Below the pieces are notes generated by a model. It worked only from the letters and a program-made list of their open reading frames with translations. It ran no database searches and was not told the origin of the DNA. Made by a program: the position numbers and the translations under genes. 64,000 nt of DNA from Octopus vulgaris (Eukaryota), in assembly GCA_951406725.2 (NCBI GenBank), contig OX597818.1:82708001-82772000 (forward strand), in the 5' to 3' direction. Shown piece by piece: positions 39,277 through 51,810 of the stretch (its first letter is position 1; the number at the start of each line of letters is the position of its first letter).

Positions 39277-39632
39277 GGCGCAGGTGTGGCTTTGTGGAAA
39301 GTAGATTGCTTACCAACCACATAGTCCCGGATTCAGTCCCACTGCGTAGCACCTTGGGCAAGTGTCTTCTATATCTTCGGGCCGACCAAAGCCTTGTGAG
39401 TGGATTTGGTAGGCGGAAACTGAAAGAAGCCCGTCGTATATATATATATGGGGGGGAGGTGTAGCTTGACAACCGATGCTGGTGTGATTACGTCCCGGTA
39501 ACCTAGCGGTTCGATAAAAGAGACCGATAGAATAAGTACTATGCTTACAAAGAAGAAGCTGGGTCGATTTGCTCGACTAAAGACGGTGCTCCAGCATAGC
39601 CGCAATCAAATGACTGAAACAAGTAAAAGAGT
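39277..39632 (+). mobile_element. SINE family A
   Basis: Head, ACCTTGGGCAAGTGTCTT, short internal microsatellite, tail. Confidence 0.92.
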
Positions 39633-40384
39633 ATATGTCGTCTTTGACAAGAAATGGGACAGATTCTTTGGTGAGTTCATTTCATTATAGAATTCTAATA
39701 TACATCTACCCTAGTTTACGTAACATTCTACATTTCTAATTTGATTTTGGCTATCACAGATAATCTGAAAACTAGACTGATTCTAGTGCCTGCCCTTAAT
39801 TTCAAATGGCTTAATTTAATATCTTTACAATTCTGACAATTTATAGAAGTTGACCGCAAATAGAGAATACCGTGAAAGGAAACACTACCGGAGTCATTAT
39901 GATAATAAAATCTGCTATCAAATCCTGGTCGTCGGCCACTGGCATCATTATTACCAACTTCACCATTATCGACCCTACATCCACCAACAGCATCACTACC
40001 ATCATTACCAACTCTCACCACCACCAACAACAAAAGCCACTACAATAACTTCATCGCCACCACTCTCACGACGATGACCTACACCGCCACCAGCACCTTC
40101 AAGGAAACAACAAATCGATCGGCCAATCACCCAGCCAAATATTCAATCACCATTACGACTAGCAACAATAATATAGCCTTAATCGATGCTTTCACCGGCA
40201 CACAATCATACACACACACACGCACAGAGAAACATATATACGCATACGCACAGACGCACACACACGCACACACACATACACCATTCGCCGCCTTCAACTA
40301 CAAGGCGAAGCCAATCTCATCATCATCATCGTCATCTTTAAGAACAACAACTATATTGTAGACAAAAGCAAACACCACCGTCAA

Positions 40385-42065
40385 AGATAATCAGCATTAA
40401 ACTGCAAATGCTACTACGACCCCTAGAAGCATTTTCTCATTCAACTCCTTCCAAAATCTTCCAGAAATCAGTTCCATTTATCACCCTCGTCATAAGATTC
40501 ACATTGAATTATTGTATTTGCCAGCGTATAATTCGTGCTTTATATACATTTTCAAAAACTACCCTGCGTCTCATATCCGCCGTATTACAGATAGTAGATG
40601 GAGTGTCACCTTCTGGGGAGCTGGATGAGAGTAAGTCCGCTCGGTACAATAATTACTATTAATAAAAATGTACTGAAAGCAAACCAAAATATCAGTCTCA
40701 GATCAAACTTACATATATTGCATACGGTATGTCGGCAGTTATACAGAGAGGTCGCATCATAAACCAGCACCTGTTTCCCTAACCCACATCTAAAATACGC
40801 CTTACGTTATTTAAAGACTGTGTTACCTTTAAGAAACATTTTTTTTGTCTCAATAAAATATTCTCCAATAACGACGAAACTAATATTAAACTTTCATTCG
40901 TCTGGAAGTTATTTAAGAGTGAACTGACAACAGAGTGGTGCAACTGGTGACTGATTACGGTTACATCTAACATGACAGTCTGTATAGCAATTCTCTTAAC
41001 AAAATATAAACAACTGCAGTTGCTGTGAGAGAGGATACAGCTGAAATACCATAATCCCATAACGTAGTTTATTTATGATAAATTTATGGTTTCATACATT
41101 ACTCCAAGACGATATTGTATTTGCAAACACAGAGTCATACATGTTATCATACAAACTACGTGAAAAATTCTTCAACTAGTGTATGATGAAACATCTTTTA
41201 ACTTTTACTTGTTTCAGTCATCAAACTGCGGCCATGCTGGGGCACCGCTTTAACGAATTTTAGTGGAACGAATCGACTCCAGCTCTTATTTGTATTTTAA
41301 GCTTGGTACTACTATATCCGTCCGTTTTCTCGAACCGCTAAGTTACTGGGACGTAAACTTACCAGCACCGGTTGTCAAGCGGTGGGTAGAAGGACAAACG
41401 GACACAAAGATAGATGCAAACGCACATAGATATAAACATATACATGTATACGACGGACTTATTTCAGTATCCGTCTACGAAATTAACTCACAAATCTTTG
41501 ACTGGCCCATAGCTACAGTAGAAGATAATTGCCCAAGGTGCTGCACAGTGGGGCTGAATACGAAACCATACCTTTTTAAAAATTTCACAAAATATTCTTG
41601 TAAAGCAGGAGTGGTTCTTTTGCGAGGGTGCATCTAATACGCCGGCAAATGCAGTACGTGGTTTTGGATTCTCTGCACACCGAAAAACAGATGAATTGGT
41701 CACGACTGGAATGCTTTTTATCATATAGATCTGCTCCATCAGCTTTGACCTAAACTTCAACCTACCCCTAGCACAGACTGAACTAGCTGCCATACCCATC
41801 AAGAGAACCACTGCTTCTACCACTAAAATAACATTAATCTCACCAAAAAGAAACACCCCAGCGCCGCCACGAGTACCACTGTTGCACGTAGAGCAATGAT
41901 CGTTACCATGGGTTATAGTTATAACACCAAAAGCCAGCATCAACACAGCCATAGTCGCTAAGCTAGTCACCTCAGGATCAAGGAAACCTCTTCGGTCCTA
42001 CGAGCAATTTTCATCTCCATAATAACGTATAAAAGCGCACATTTGCTGCGAATATTCCTAAGCAT
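40385..42065 (-). pseudogene. Decayed intronless coding tract, candidate endogenous viral (toti-like capsid?) element
   Basis: Protein-like frames across stops and frameshifts: FIRYYGDENCS*DRRGFLDPEVTSLAT, RSLYDNMYDSVFANTISSW, TLWDYGIS, LPDE*KFN, DIPYAIY, RIIRWQIQ*FNVNLMTRVINGTDFWK; no TE motifs seen; viral origin is inference. Confidence 0.4.
41200..41570 (-). mobile_element. SINE family A inserted in the decayed coding tract
   Basis: Colinear with other A copies. Confidence 0.88.
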
Positions 42066-42756
42066 GTAACTTATATTGAAATACTGCGACCATGCTGCAG
42101 CACCCCTATGAAGGGTTTAGCTGAACAAATAGATCCCAATATAAAAAAAAGAACAGTACTTATTTCATCGCTCTGTTTCGCTTAAATATCTTTTCAATAG
42201 TTTATTATTTACAATATTTTGATTCTACTTTATTTTACTAGGTAGCATAAGGTTCTTTGTTAAATCTTCATTTTTATAGCACACAGTGTGGTATAACTGC
42301 CATGAATCTCTGCCATGTTGCTAAGCTACGTTGTAGCAGCAACATCAACCGCAAGTATAATGAAAGAAATAAAAAAAAATAAAACGGTATTAATTTATAT
42401 GTTGTATCAATAATTTAACAGCCATTAATTAAACGGAAAATGATATTTTTGTTTACCACCATTTTGTCTCAGTTTATCAACAGCAAAAAATGTTATTCAT
42501 TAATTTCTAAAATTTGTTGTTGATCATTAAATTTATTTCGTTCTTCTGATTGTAGTCGTTGTGGTAGTAGTAGTAGGTGTTGTGATTGCTGTCAGTCAAC
42601 CCAGATACACCAGATGTATAGGAAAATGTTTTTCAACCGTGAACACATTACCAGCTTTGTATACCAGAGAGTATGCCGACATTTTGAAAGTGAATAGGAT
42701 GTAAACTGAGGGAAATCTGACTACTATTTCCAACATTTCGCGCATCTATTTAAAGA

Positions 42757-42893
42757 TGTTGTAGTTGTTGTAGTTGTTGTAGTTGTTGTTGTTGTTGTTC
42801 TTCTTCTTCTTCTTCTTCTTCTTCTTCTTCTTCTTCTTCTTCTTCTTCTTCTTCTTCTTCTTCTTCTTCTTCTTCTTCTTCTTCTTCTTCTTC

Positions 42894-42929
<36 letters not shown>

Positions 42930-42954
42930 TTCTTCTTCTTCTTCTTCTTCTTAC

Positions 42955-43050
<96 letters not shown>

Positions 43051-43117
43051 CATTATTGTTACTATTATTATTATTGTTGTTGTTATTATTATTATTATTA
43101 TTATTGTTATTATTATC
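42757..43117. repeat. Compound (GTT)(CTT)(CAT)(TAT) microsatellite
   Basis: Direct reading. Confidence 0.95.
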
Positions 43118-43119
43118 AT

Positions 43120-44118
43120 ATGAAACCTCACAGCTTATTTTGCTGAGTATGATGGAAAGTGTTAGCTGTCCACAGCCACAAGACTAAGGTGACCCTTGTT
43201 TACTGGTCATACTTCAAGAACCCTGCGAAGAATTATAGTAGTTACAAGCACACTTGCACCGACCTTTTTCAGCGATGCTGGAAGTTGAGTGCTGATGCTT
43301 CCAACTGCATCAATTACTATTGGTATCACGTCTACTCTCCTCATTGAGTAAAACGTTCGTATTTCCCCACATGAAATCGTCATAGTTGTTTATTTTTTCT
43401 TCTTCTTTCACATTGATCCTGTTGTCACTGGGGCATGCTATGTCGATTATCATACATGTTCTTTCTTTTTTATTCATCACAACAATGTCCGGTTTCCGAT
43501 GTCTGGTCGGGTGATCGCACTGGATCATTGCATCCCACAGGATTTTGCCATTCTCATTTTCGGTGACTCATTCAGTAGTTTTCTGATACCACGTCTTTGC
43601 TCTTTGTAGGCCGTGCTTTCCACAGAGATTCCAATGGATCATTCTTGCCACATTGTCATAACGTCTTTTGCATTTGCGTTGTGCCAATTTCGGGCATTCG
43701 CTATCGATGTGCCATACCATTTCACTTCTTTCACCACACATTCTGCATTTGTCGCTATCGGTAGTGTTGTCTATTCTGCACTTAATATAGTTGGTCCTTA
43801 ACGCTTGTTCCTGAGCTGGGCTTATGAGTGCTTCTCTCTAACTTCAGGTTACGTCTCCTCATCCATAGCCATGAGTCTTCTGTATCTGTTTTGGCGTTCA
43901 CATCTCTTGCAAACTGAATGTACGTTTTCTTTTCCTTTTATGCTGTTTCTTTTTTTTTGTTAATTTCTTGTTTAAATTTTTCTTAAGTTACAAAATGTTC
44001 AGTGTTGATGTCGCCGGCCTTCTTTATATCTTCTGAAATTCTCCTTTATTGTTTATTTCGTCTACTATCCGTCGCTCATCTGTTCTGTTCAGTAGTTCTC
44101 AATCCCATCCTTTCTGCA
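43120..44118 (-). mobile_element. 5'-truncated R4/Dong-like element (zinc knuckle, RLE, 3' end)
   Basis: AQEQALRTNYIK, CRMCGERSEMVWHIDSECPKLAQ, RRYDNVARMIHW, RKPDIVV, IIDIACP, EKINNYDD; 3' end runs into (TAA)n. Confidence 0.92.
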
Positions 44119-44119
44119 A

Positions 44120-44186
<67 letters not shown>

Positions 44187-44307
44187 GCTGCTACTACTGA
44201 TGATGATGATGATGATAATGATTATGATGATGGTGATGATGATGATGATAATAATAATAATAACAATAATAATAATAAAAATAATAATAATAATTATTAT
44301 TATTATC

Positions 44308-44365
<58 letters not shown>

Positions 44366-44390
44366 GTAGTAGTAGTAGTAGTAGTAGTAA

Positions 44391-44432
<42 letters not shown>

Positions 44433-44460
44433 AGGTAGTAGTTGTAGTAGTGATGGTAGT
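44119..44460. repeat. Compound (TAC)(GAT)(AAT)(TAT)(TAG) microsatellite
   Basis: Direct reading. Confidence 0.95.
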
Positions 44461-45049
44461 AGAAATGTTGTTATTCAAGGCAAAGATAGATGTTGTTTAC
44501 ATCTCTATCTACAGAGAAAGGATATGGCCAGATGATAGAGCTTTTCCTAAAAATACGCTCATTCGGCTAACATCATGCAGATTGAGCCACTCCTTACAGG
44601 GTTCTCAAAAGAACCGATAAGGTTTGTAGTTTATTTTGAGACAAAGTTTGTTTCTTTTCAACTCACTGACAAAAAGAAAAAAGGAAGTTCATATCAGTTT
44701 CACCTGACACTCCCCCACCCCACGCCGACACGTAAAACGTACAAAATTAAGCAATCCACGCACAGAAAACAAATAATAATAAAATACAACTGTAACTGGA
44801 GTGCAAAATATTGATAGTAAGCGCGAACTAAAATAAACACTGACACTTTGACTATATCAAGTAGAAATTTTGTCAACAGCAAGATCAGCAAGAGAAGGCA
44901 ATTATGTTCCTTTAAATGAAAATATACTGAAAGATCGGAAGCCTAGAAATATTTTGTTCGTCGAACTGCTGCGATGCTTCCACATTCGAATACAAAGGAC
45001 TGTGAGAGGGAACAAGTAAACAATTTCTGGTTGCCAAAATTACATCAGT

Positions 45050-45344
45050 GGAGGTACATGGCCCAGTGGTTAGAGCAGCAGACTTGCGAGTTCGAAACTT
45101 ATAAGGGGCGATGTGTATGTTTATGAGCGAAACACTTAAGCTACACGCGGCTCCAGCAGAAAGTAATGGCGAACTTCTGCTGACTCTTTCGCCACAACTT
45201 TCTCTCACTCTTCCCTCCTGCATCTTGCAGCTCACCTGCGACGGACCGACGTCCCGTCCAGGTGGGGAACCTATACGCCAAGGCAACCGGGAAACCGGCC
45301 CTAATGAGCCAGGCATGGCTCGAGAAGGAAAAAATAACAAGAAC
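45050..45344 (+). mobile_element. tRNA-derived SINE family D
   Basis: A-box TGGCCCAGTGGTTAGAGC, B-box GAGTTCGAAAC, central CCTGCGACGGACCGACGTCCCGTCCAGG, (AAC)-like tail, candidate TSD ACATCAG (45042-48, 45345-51). Confidence 0.8.
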
Positions 45345-45899
45345 ACATCAGAGGATTTTTACATTCCGTCAATGTAAGAAGATATTTTAAGCGAAATGTC
45401 TTTTCCTGAGAGCGGAAAGGTTTTTATAAAATAGAAGTTGGATCTAAGATAGAAACCCAAATTGTACCCGACACACTTGTCCATAAACTGACATTTAGGA
45501 AAGAACACAAGGGTCACTCTAAAGACATCATTGACGATGTTGACATCCATATTTGTGGAGCAATAAGAGTAGGTTACAGTTTTTCCATAGCCGCTTAGTA
45601 AGACGTCCAAACGCAGACAAAGTTTTAGCAATACAATAAGCATTGTCTAGCTTATTGCCATACGACGCGTTGTTACTTTGGTAACTAAAATGAGTGTCGC
45701 TGTTTAGTATGTCTCTTGATATTTCGATATTACCAGCCTCTATATTTGATTAGGATGATGGTTCATCGTTAAGTACCTTAGTTGTATTCTAATTGATCAG
45801 AAGGCCGAAGTCATGTGTAGACTCAGCAAATGCTGAAGTAATTTCTTACACGTTCGCATGTGTGCGTGTCTTCTACGAGGGCAGTGTCATCTCTAAAGA

Positions 45900-46400
45900 T
45901 TAGTTTACGAATGAAACAGATTTATCTCAATGAAAGTAAATAGTAAAATTCACAGAACCATCTTCAACTCAAATTTATGGAACAGAAACATGGCCACATT
46001 AAAAAACACAAACCAAAAGGATCAGAATTTTTGTCATGCGATATATATGATCTAACATGAGCATGAAATAGTAGCAACATATCTTAAAGTCTGAAGTCCT
46101 CTCGAAGGCTAGTTTTCAATCCATGCACCATCAATTCATGGAAAAAATCTCCGTTGGACAAGAAACGTTGCCACACTTCTCGATGAAATCTTCTCAAAGA
46201 AGTCTATTCATGCAACCGTCAGATTTCTATCGAAACATTGGTAGTACCAAAATGAGATTCAACGATACTGTCAAGCAGAACCTAAAAGGTCGACCGATCC
46301 GCTCTGATAAGTGGTACTTGCTAGACGGTGATTGATTTATCTGGAAACATTTGAATTATGAAGTCATTTTCGTTAACGACTGATAGATGGATCAGTAGAT
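45900..46400 (+). mobile_element. RTE-clade LINE 3' remnant
   Basis: LRWTRNV and GSTKMRFNDTVKQNLK...DKWYLLDGD*FIW resemble the RTE ORF C-terminus. Confidence 0.6.
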
Positions 46401-47196
46401 GGTCAGTGCACATGTGACATATGGGGATCAATGGTCGATTGGGATCGCTACGGCTATTGAAGTCATGAGAAACCCGAAAGGTTACAAAAAAACCCCAACA
46501 AAAAACAAATAAGGAAAGTAATTTGCGTAATTGGGGCTACAAGAAAGATCTTTAAACTCAACAAGGAAAAGATGACCAAATTGTTAAAATTTTGCCGTGA
46601 AACCTTGAACGAATGATTTTTGGCACATTTATTCTTAACGCGTCTAGGTAGTTTCAGATGCAAAATATCCAAGTATCTTCAGTATATGCCATAGACGAAT
46701 AACTTCTCTCCCTTACGACCACTGTGTGTTCAACACACTGGGCTCATGCCATTCTGGGGAACCGGTGTTTCGACATGCTGTTTCATAATCCAGAAGTAGC
46801 CGAAAGTTTGAGTCTAGCAGAAATCACTGGTTTTGTTTATACTTTTAGTGATCAAATTGTTTGATGATCAGTGCTTACATCTGCGAAGCAAAAGAAGTCG
46901 TTATTTTCACTGTGTACATCGAGATCTAGAACGATTTCTTTTCCACATCCAGGTAGGCTCAAACACAACATATTTTGTGTCCGAATCTGCCTAGATGTAT
47001 TAAATCTGCAAAATAACCATTCCAGATCTCACTGTACATGGTGTAAATACCGATTTTTTTTACTTGTAAAAAAATTCTGCATGGAATGTCATGGAACTGG
47101 TTGTACTAAGCAGAACTCGTGAATCGGGAAATGAAATTGCTCCACTACCATGAGACTCGTTTATGACCATTATTGGGGGAAGGGAGAGAGAGTGGG

Positions 47197-47763
47197 AGAG
47201 AGAGAAGTGCATGCCATCAAAGTGACACTGGGGTAAAATATACGAAACCTAGTATAACCATCATGCCTACACGTATGATAAGCGTATACCAGGCACATGC
47301 ATCACAAACATAAGTGCGCGACACGGTATTCTCGTATTAAGATAAACAGCGCATGACCCTGCAGATGAGGTCCAGTTAGGCTTTTGTTCGGGTCGAGTAC
47401 CCTATCTCACTCAAAAGGTCTCTGAAAAAGATTTGTTTAAGGATATTGAACAAAACAATCATGTTTCCAGAAGTGAATTCTCCTCAAGACATGGCTATGC
47501 GGCTCCCCCACTACTTGTGCACGTGATCAGAGATGTACATATCATCAATCACTAAGAGACATGCTCAAATGGTTAAGGTCAAGCAACTACAAGAAAATCT
47601 GTGGTACTGAGTAGAATATTTGCTGCAGCCCATCTTTTATATCAAGAAAAATCAATGTATATGATAACACTTTCAATCAGTTAAGATCAGAAGCCATGAA
47701 AGTCAGTTCCTGGCAGTGCATCAGAGGATCCATGAGAGCCAGTGCCTGTTACTGCATTAGGGC

Positions 47764-47766
<3 letters not shown>
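47197..47766 (-). mobile_element. Non-autonomous element E, ~570 bp, abutting (TAA)n
   Basis: Shares ~185 bp with 2117-2300; other end joins (TAT)n at 47767-47842. Confidence 0.75.
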
Positions 47767-47846
<80 letters not shown>

Positions 47847-48769
47847 ATAATACTAATGCTGTTGTTGTTATTTTTAATGTATACATAGTATTACGTCTGT
47901 ATGCGTATATTGTGTTCGTATATATACTTATCTATCTATCTCTACGTCTGTCTGTCTATGTACATATACACACATACTCCGTCTCTGTGTCTCTCCATCA
48001 CTCTCTTCCTCTCCTTCTCCCTCTCTCTTTCTCACACATACATACGCGCATATATACATTTCAATTGTAGCTGTAGAAGGTGTAAATAAATAATCGTTCA
48101 AAAGGAAAAATAATCTCCAACTTGTTCTATCCACAAAACTGACAACATTACAGTTAAATTAATGATCATATTATTGGTGTTCAATTAGTAGTCATCAATA
48201 CTGTTGTCGCACTAAAGTTGGAATCATTTTACCCTTGCAGAGCAACGAAAATGTAATCCAGCCAGTTACACGTGCTGTCTTGTTCAGTTATAAAACTACT
48301 CTTGGAAGACTTACACCTATTGATTTTCCGATACACGCGAAGTGATAATTACGAAGGATATCATACAGTTCGTGTATGGTTCTGAATGGTGATATCGTGT
48401 ATGAATATCGAGCATCGTAAGTTTACTGTTCGTCACATGAGATGAACAATATTAAATATACCAGCGAACTGACTTTCATTTAAAGCTGGGCATTTTCCGT
48501 CATCTCAAACAACAAATACACGCTCATAACATGTAATTATACAGCGGCTGCTGAATGCAAATATACACACTTACATACATGCCATATATATATATATATA
48601 CACGCACATACTCAGTCTCTCTATATATACATGTACAATATACTCTTGTAAGCTTCTAATAAAACGCATATATTTCTGTCTTTGTTTCACGTTCATCATT
48701 CGTACAGATACACACGCATACATACACGAACACAGACACACACACACACGCATATATCTGTATATATCA

Positions 48770-48800
<31 letters not shown>

Positions 48801-48876
48801 TGTATGTATGTATGTATGTATGTATGTATGTATGTATGTATTTATGTATGTATGTATGTATGTATGTATGTATGTA

Positions 48877-48970
<94 letters not shown>

Positions 48971-48976
48971 TATGTA

Positions 48977-49845
48977 GGCGCAGAAGTGGCTGTATGACAC
49001 TTTAGGCGAGTGTCTTCTACTACAGCCTCGGGCTGACCAAAACCTTGTGATTGGATTTGATCGACTGATAGTGAAAGGAACCCGTCGCATATATATATAT
49101 ATATATATATATATCAACTCACACACAGACACACACACAAATATACATTCATATATGCAAATATATGCGTATATATTTGCATGTGCCTTTGGTTCTTTGT
49201 CAGTTTGAACACTCGTGTGCATGGTATATGCGTGCGTCAGTTCTTGCGTATGGATTGAGGTGTTTCTCTAAACTTTAAATTATTATTAATATTTCCTTCT
49301 CCGAGACATACTAGACTAAATGTAGTTTTAGTTGTATCAGTTACTAGGTTGTAAATATATGACGAAATCTATTACACGTTATAATATATAATAGAATATG
49401 ACATAAAAATTGACTCAGACATGACAGGCATGGCACTTCGCAATCATCTGTTTTTAGGTTCAGTCATACTGTGTGACACCTTGGGTGCCTTTTACTATAA
49501 CCCCAAGCCGACTTGTAGCTTGTGAATGAATTTGGCAGATAGAAGCTCCGTGGAACGTCTAACAAACAGAATCACGCTCCACACGGAGAAATTATGTACA
49601 TTATTTATATTACTTACATTTGACGGATATTTGTCTTGAACTTTTTTGTTATTACTCCACTGTGGGATGAAGTTAAAACAATAGACAGAGAACACCACTG
49701 GAAAATACAAAAACTAAAAGAAGCAGTACATATGCTAGGACACAACAACCCCCTAAGCAAACCGAGTGCAAATACGAATAACATATGGTCACAGCGAGAG
49801 AGCTGAAGCTTATAAAAGAATATATATACACACATATATTGTGTA

Positions 49846-49880
<35 letters not shown>

Positions 49881-50125
49881 GTATGTGTATGTGTGTGTAT
49901 GTGTGTGTGTATTTGCATCTGTGTTTGCCCCCACACAGTTTGATGATTGGTGTTGCCTTGGTTTCATCCCCATGATTTAGCGGATCGGCAAATAAAACTA
50001 AATGAATAAATACCAGAATTGGAAAGCATAAAAAACTGAAGGTGATTTCTTCGACCAAATCCTTTAACGAGTTGCTCCAGCATAGCCACAGTTCAACAAT
50101 GTCTGAAACCAGTAAAATAATTAAA
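48977..50125 (+). mobile_element. Fragmented SINE-A copies
   Basis: Heads at ~48977-49090 and ~49430-49560; tail at ~49915-50125. Confidence 0.7.
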
Positions 50126-51159
50126 GAATAATAACACATCACAATATATAAGCTTGCAAAAGAGATTTTGTGAATGTCTCACCATTGAAATTGCTTCAAT
50201 GTCAACACGTGTCAATTCAAGTCACAAGCACAGCTTCGAAATTTGTAAATCTGTTTTGACATGAAAAAAATAAATAAATGAAAAAGAAAAGAAAAAAAAC
50301 AATAAACATGCGTGACTCTACTTACATAATAAAATAGTGAAGCCGGAGAGTTTCTTACAATGTCAAAAAGAATAAGTTCAGCAATCTCTAGTAAACAGAA
50401 GTACACAATCAAGAAATGTTAGTCTATACAGTGCCAGTCATATTGATCGTACTATATATACAGTAGCATTTTTGAATGCTTACTTCTGATGATGGGTCTT
50501 TGTGCTTGAAATATAAATGTTATTAAACTCTTTTTTGCATTGTAATAACGCTCGGTCTTCAAAATTTTATTATTTTACTCCTTTCTCACAATGCTACAAC
50601 AAGCTATAACACTATTCTATAATTGCACGTACGCACACAGCCTCACTCACACACGCACATACATACAACACACACACATATACATACACGTTTCAAAGTT
50701 AAGCATGAATATATTGGATAATGCTATTGTTATGAATGCTATTAAGTTGAACTTCAATATTTCTGTAGAGTTTGTGAAATGGAAACAAATAAATCTATCA
50801 TTTGTGTAAGTTCCCAACACACCGGCTGAAAGTATTAAGTTTATATTAAAACACATTTTTAATTGTTCTTATATGCTTATTGATAAGACAATGGTATATA
50901 TAACTATGTCTATGAATATGAATGTTAATTTAATTTATTTGATAGTCTTCATATGGGGTCATTAGCTACGGTTTACAGCAGACAAAATATTAGCACCCTG
51001 CATTTTTAATGGCTAGATTCACAAGCATTTGCGTAACTCGATGTAGCAAATAACGCATGGAGAATCGATTTGACTGTTTTTGCGGTGCGTATTAATGAAA
51101 GATATATAGATACTCATATACACAAACACAAATACACACACACAAACACACACACGCAC

Positions 51160-51208
<49 letters not shown>

Positions 51209-51664
51209 CACACATACACAAACACACACACACACACTAATACGCACAAACATACAAGCAAAAATACACACTCATACACCTATACGCTTGTTATTGTAAT
51301 CTCAGGTTAAGATTTTGTGAGCGTTTTGTCATAATAGAAAATAATGTTGTTATAGAACGTCCAAAGAATTTATCTTTAGTGTGCTCAGAACTTACCAGAC
51401 TTCGCCCTTCTATTTGTCTTGCCTGAATTAGTACACAGACTGCCATGTACCAGAATCAAAAGAACACATGCAAAAAAAAAAGAAAAAATAGGCTTAAAAA
51501 ACCCTAAACTGATCGATAGTGATATTTCTTACCAACGCAGTCCATGTCATTTGCGAATTTCTTTATCGAGTTTTATCTAATAAAATCAAATCAAATTCGC
51601 CCCTAAACGGATGATCGAATGATGCAAACGGAATGTACAAAATAGCATAAGTAACCGGAATATG

Positions 51665-51810
51665 AAATAGGACTGGTACTTATTTCATCGACTTCAGTTG
51701 GATGAATGGCAAAGTCGATCTCAGTGGAAATAGAACTCAGAATGTAAAGACGGATGAAGTAGTGCTAAGTATTTTGTCTGGCGCGTAACGATTCTGCCAG
51801 TTCACCGACT
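51665..51810 (-). mobile_element. SINE family B, partial
   Basis: CTGGTACTTATTTCATCGAC...GGCAAAGTCGATCTC...AACGATTCTGCCAG. Confidence 0.8.

Noticed and set aside
46880-47160. Possible Tc1-like transposase remnant on the minus strand
   Set aside because: Only a vague MVW-like resemblance; no intact QDN or SPDLN motif
50484-50530. CTGATGA...GAAA hammerhead candidate
   Set aside because: No convincing stems I-III
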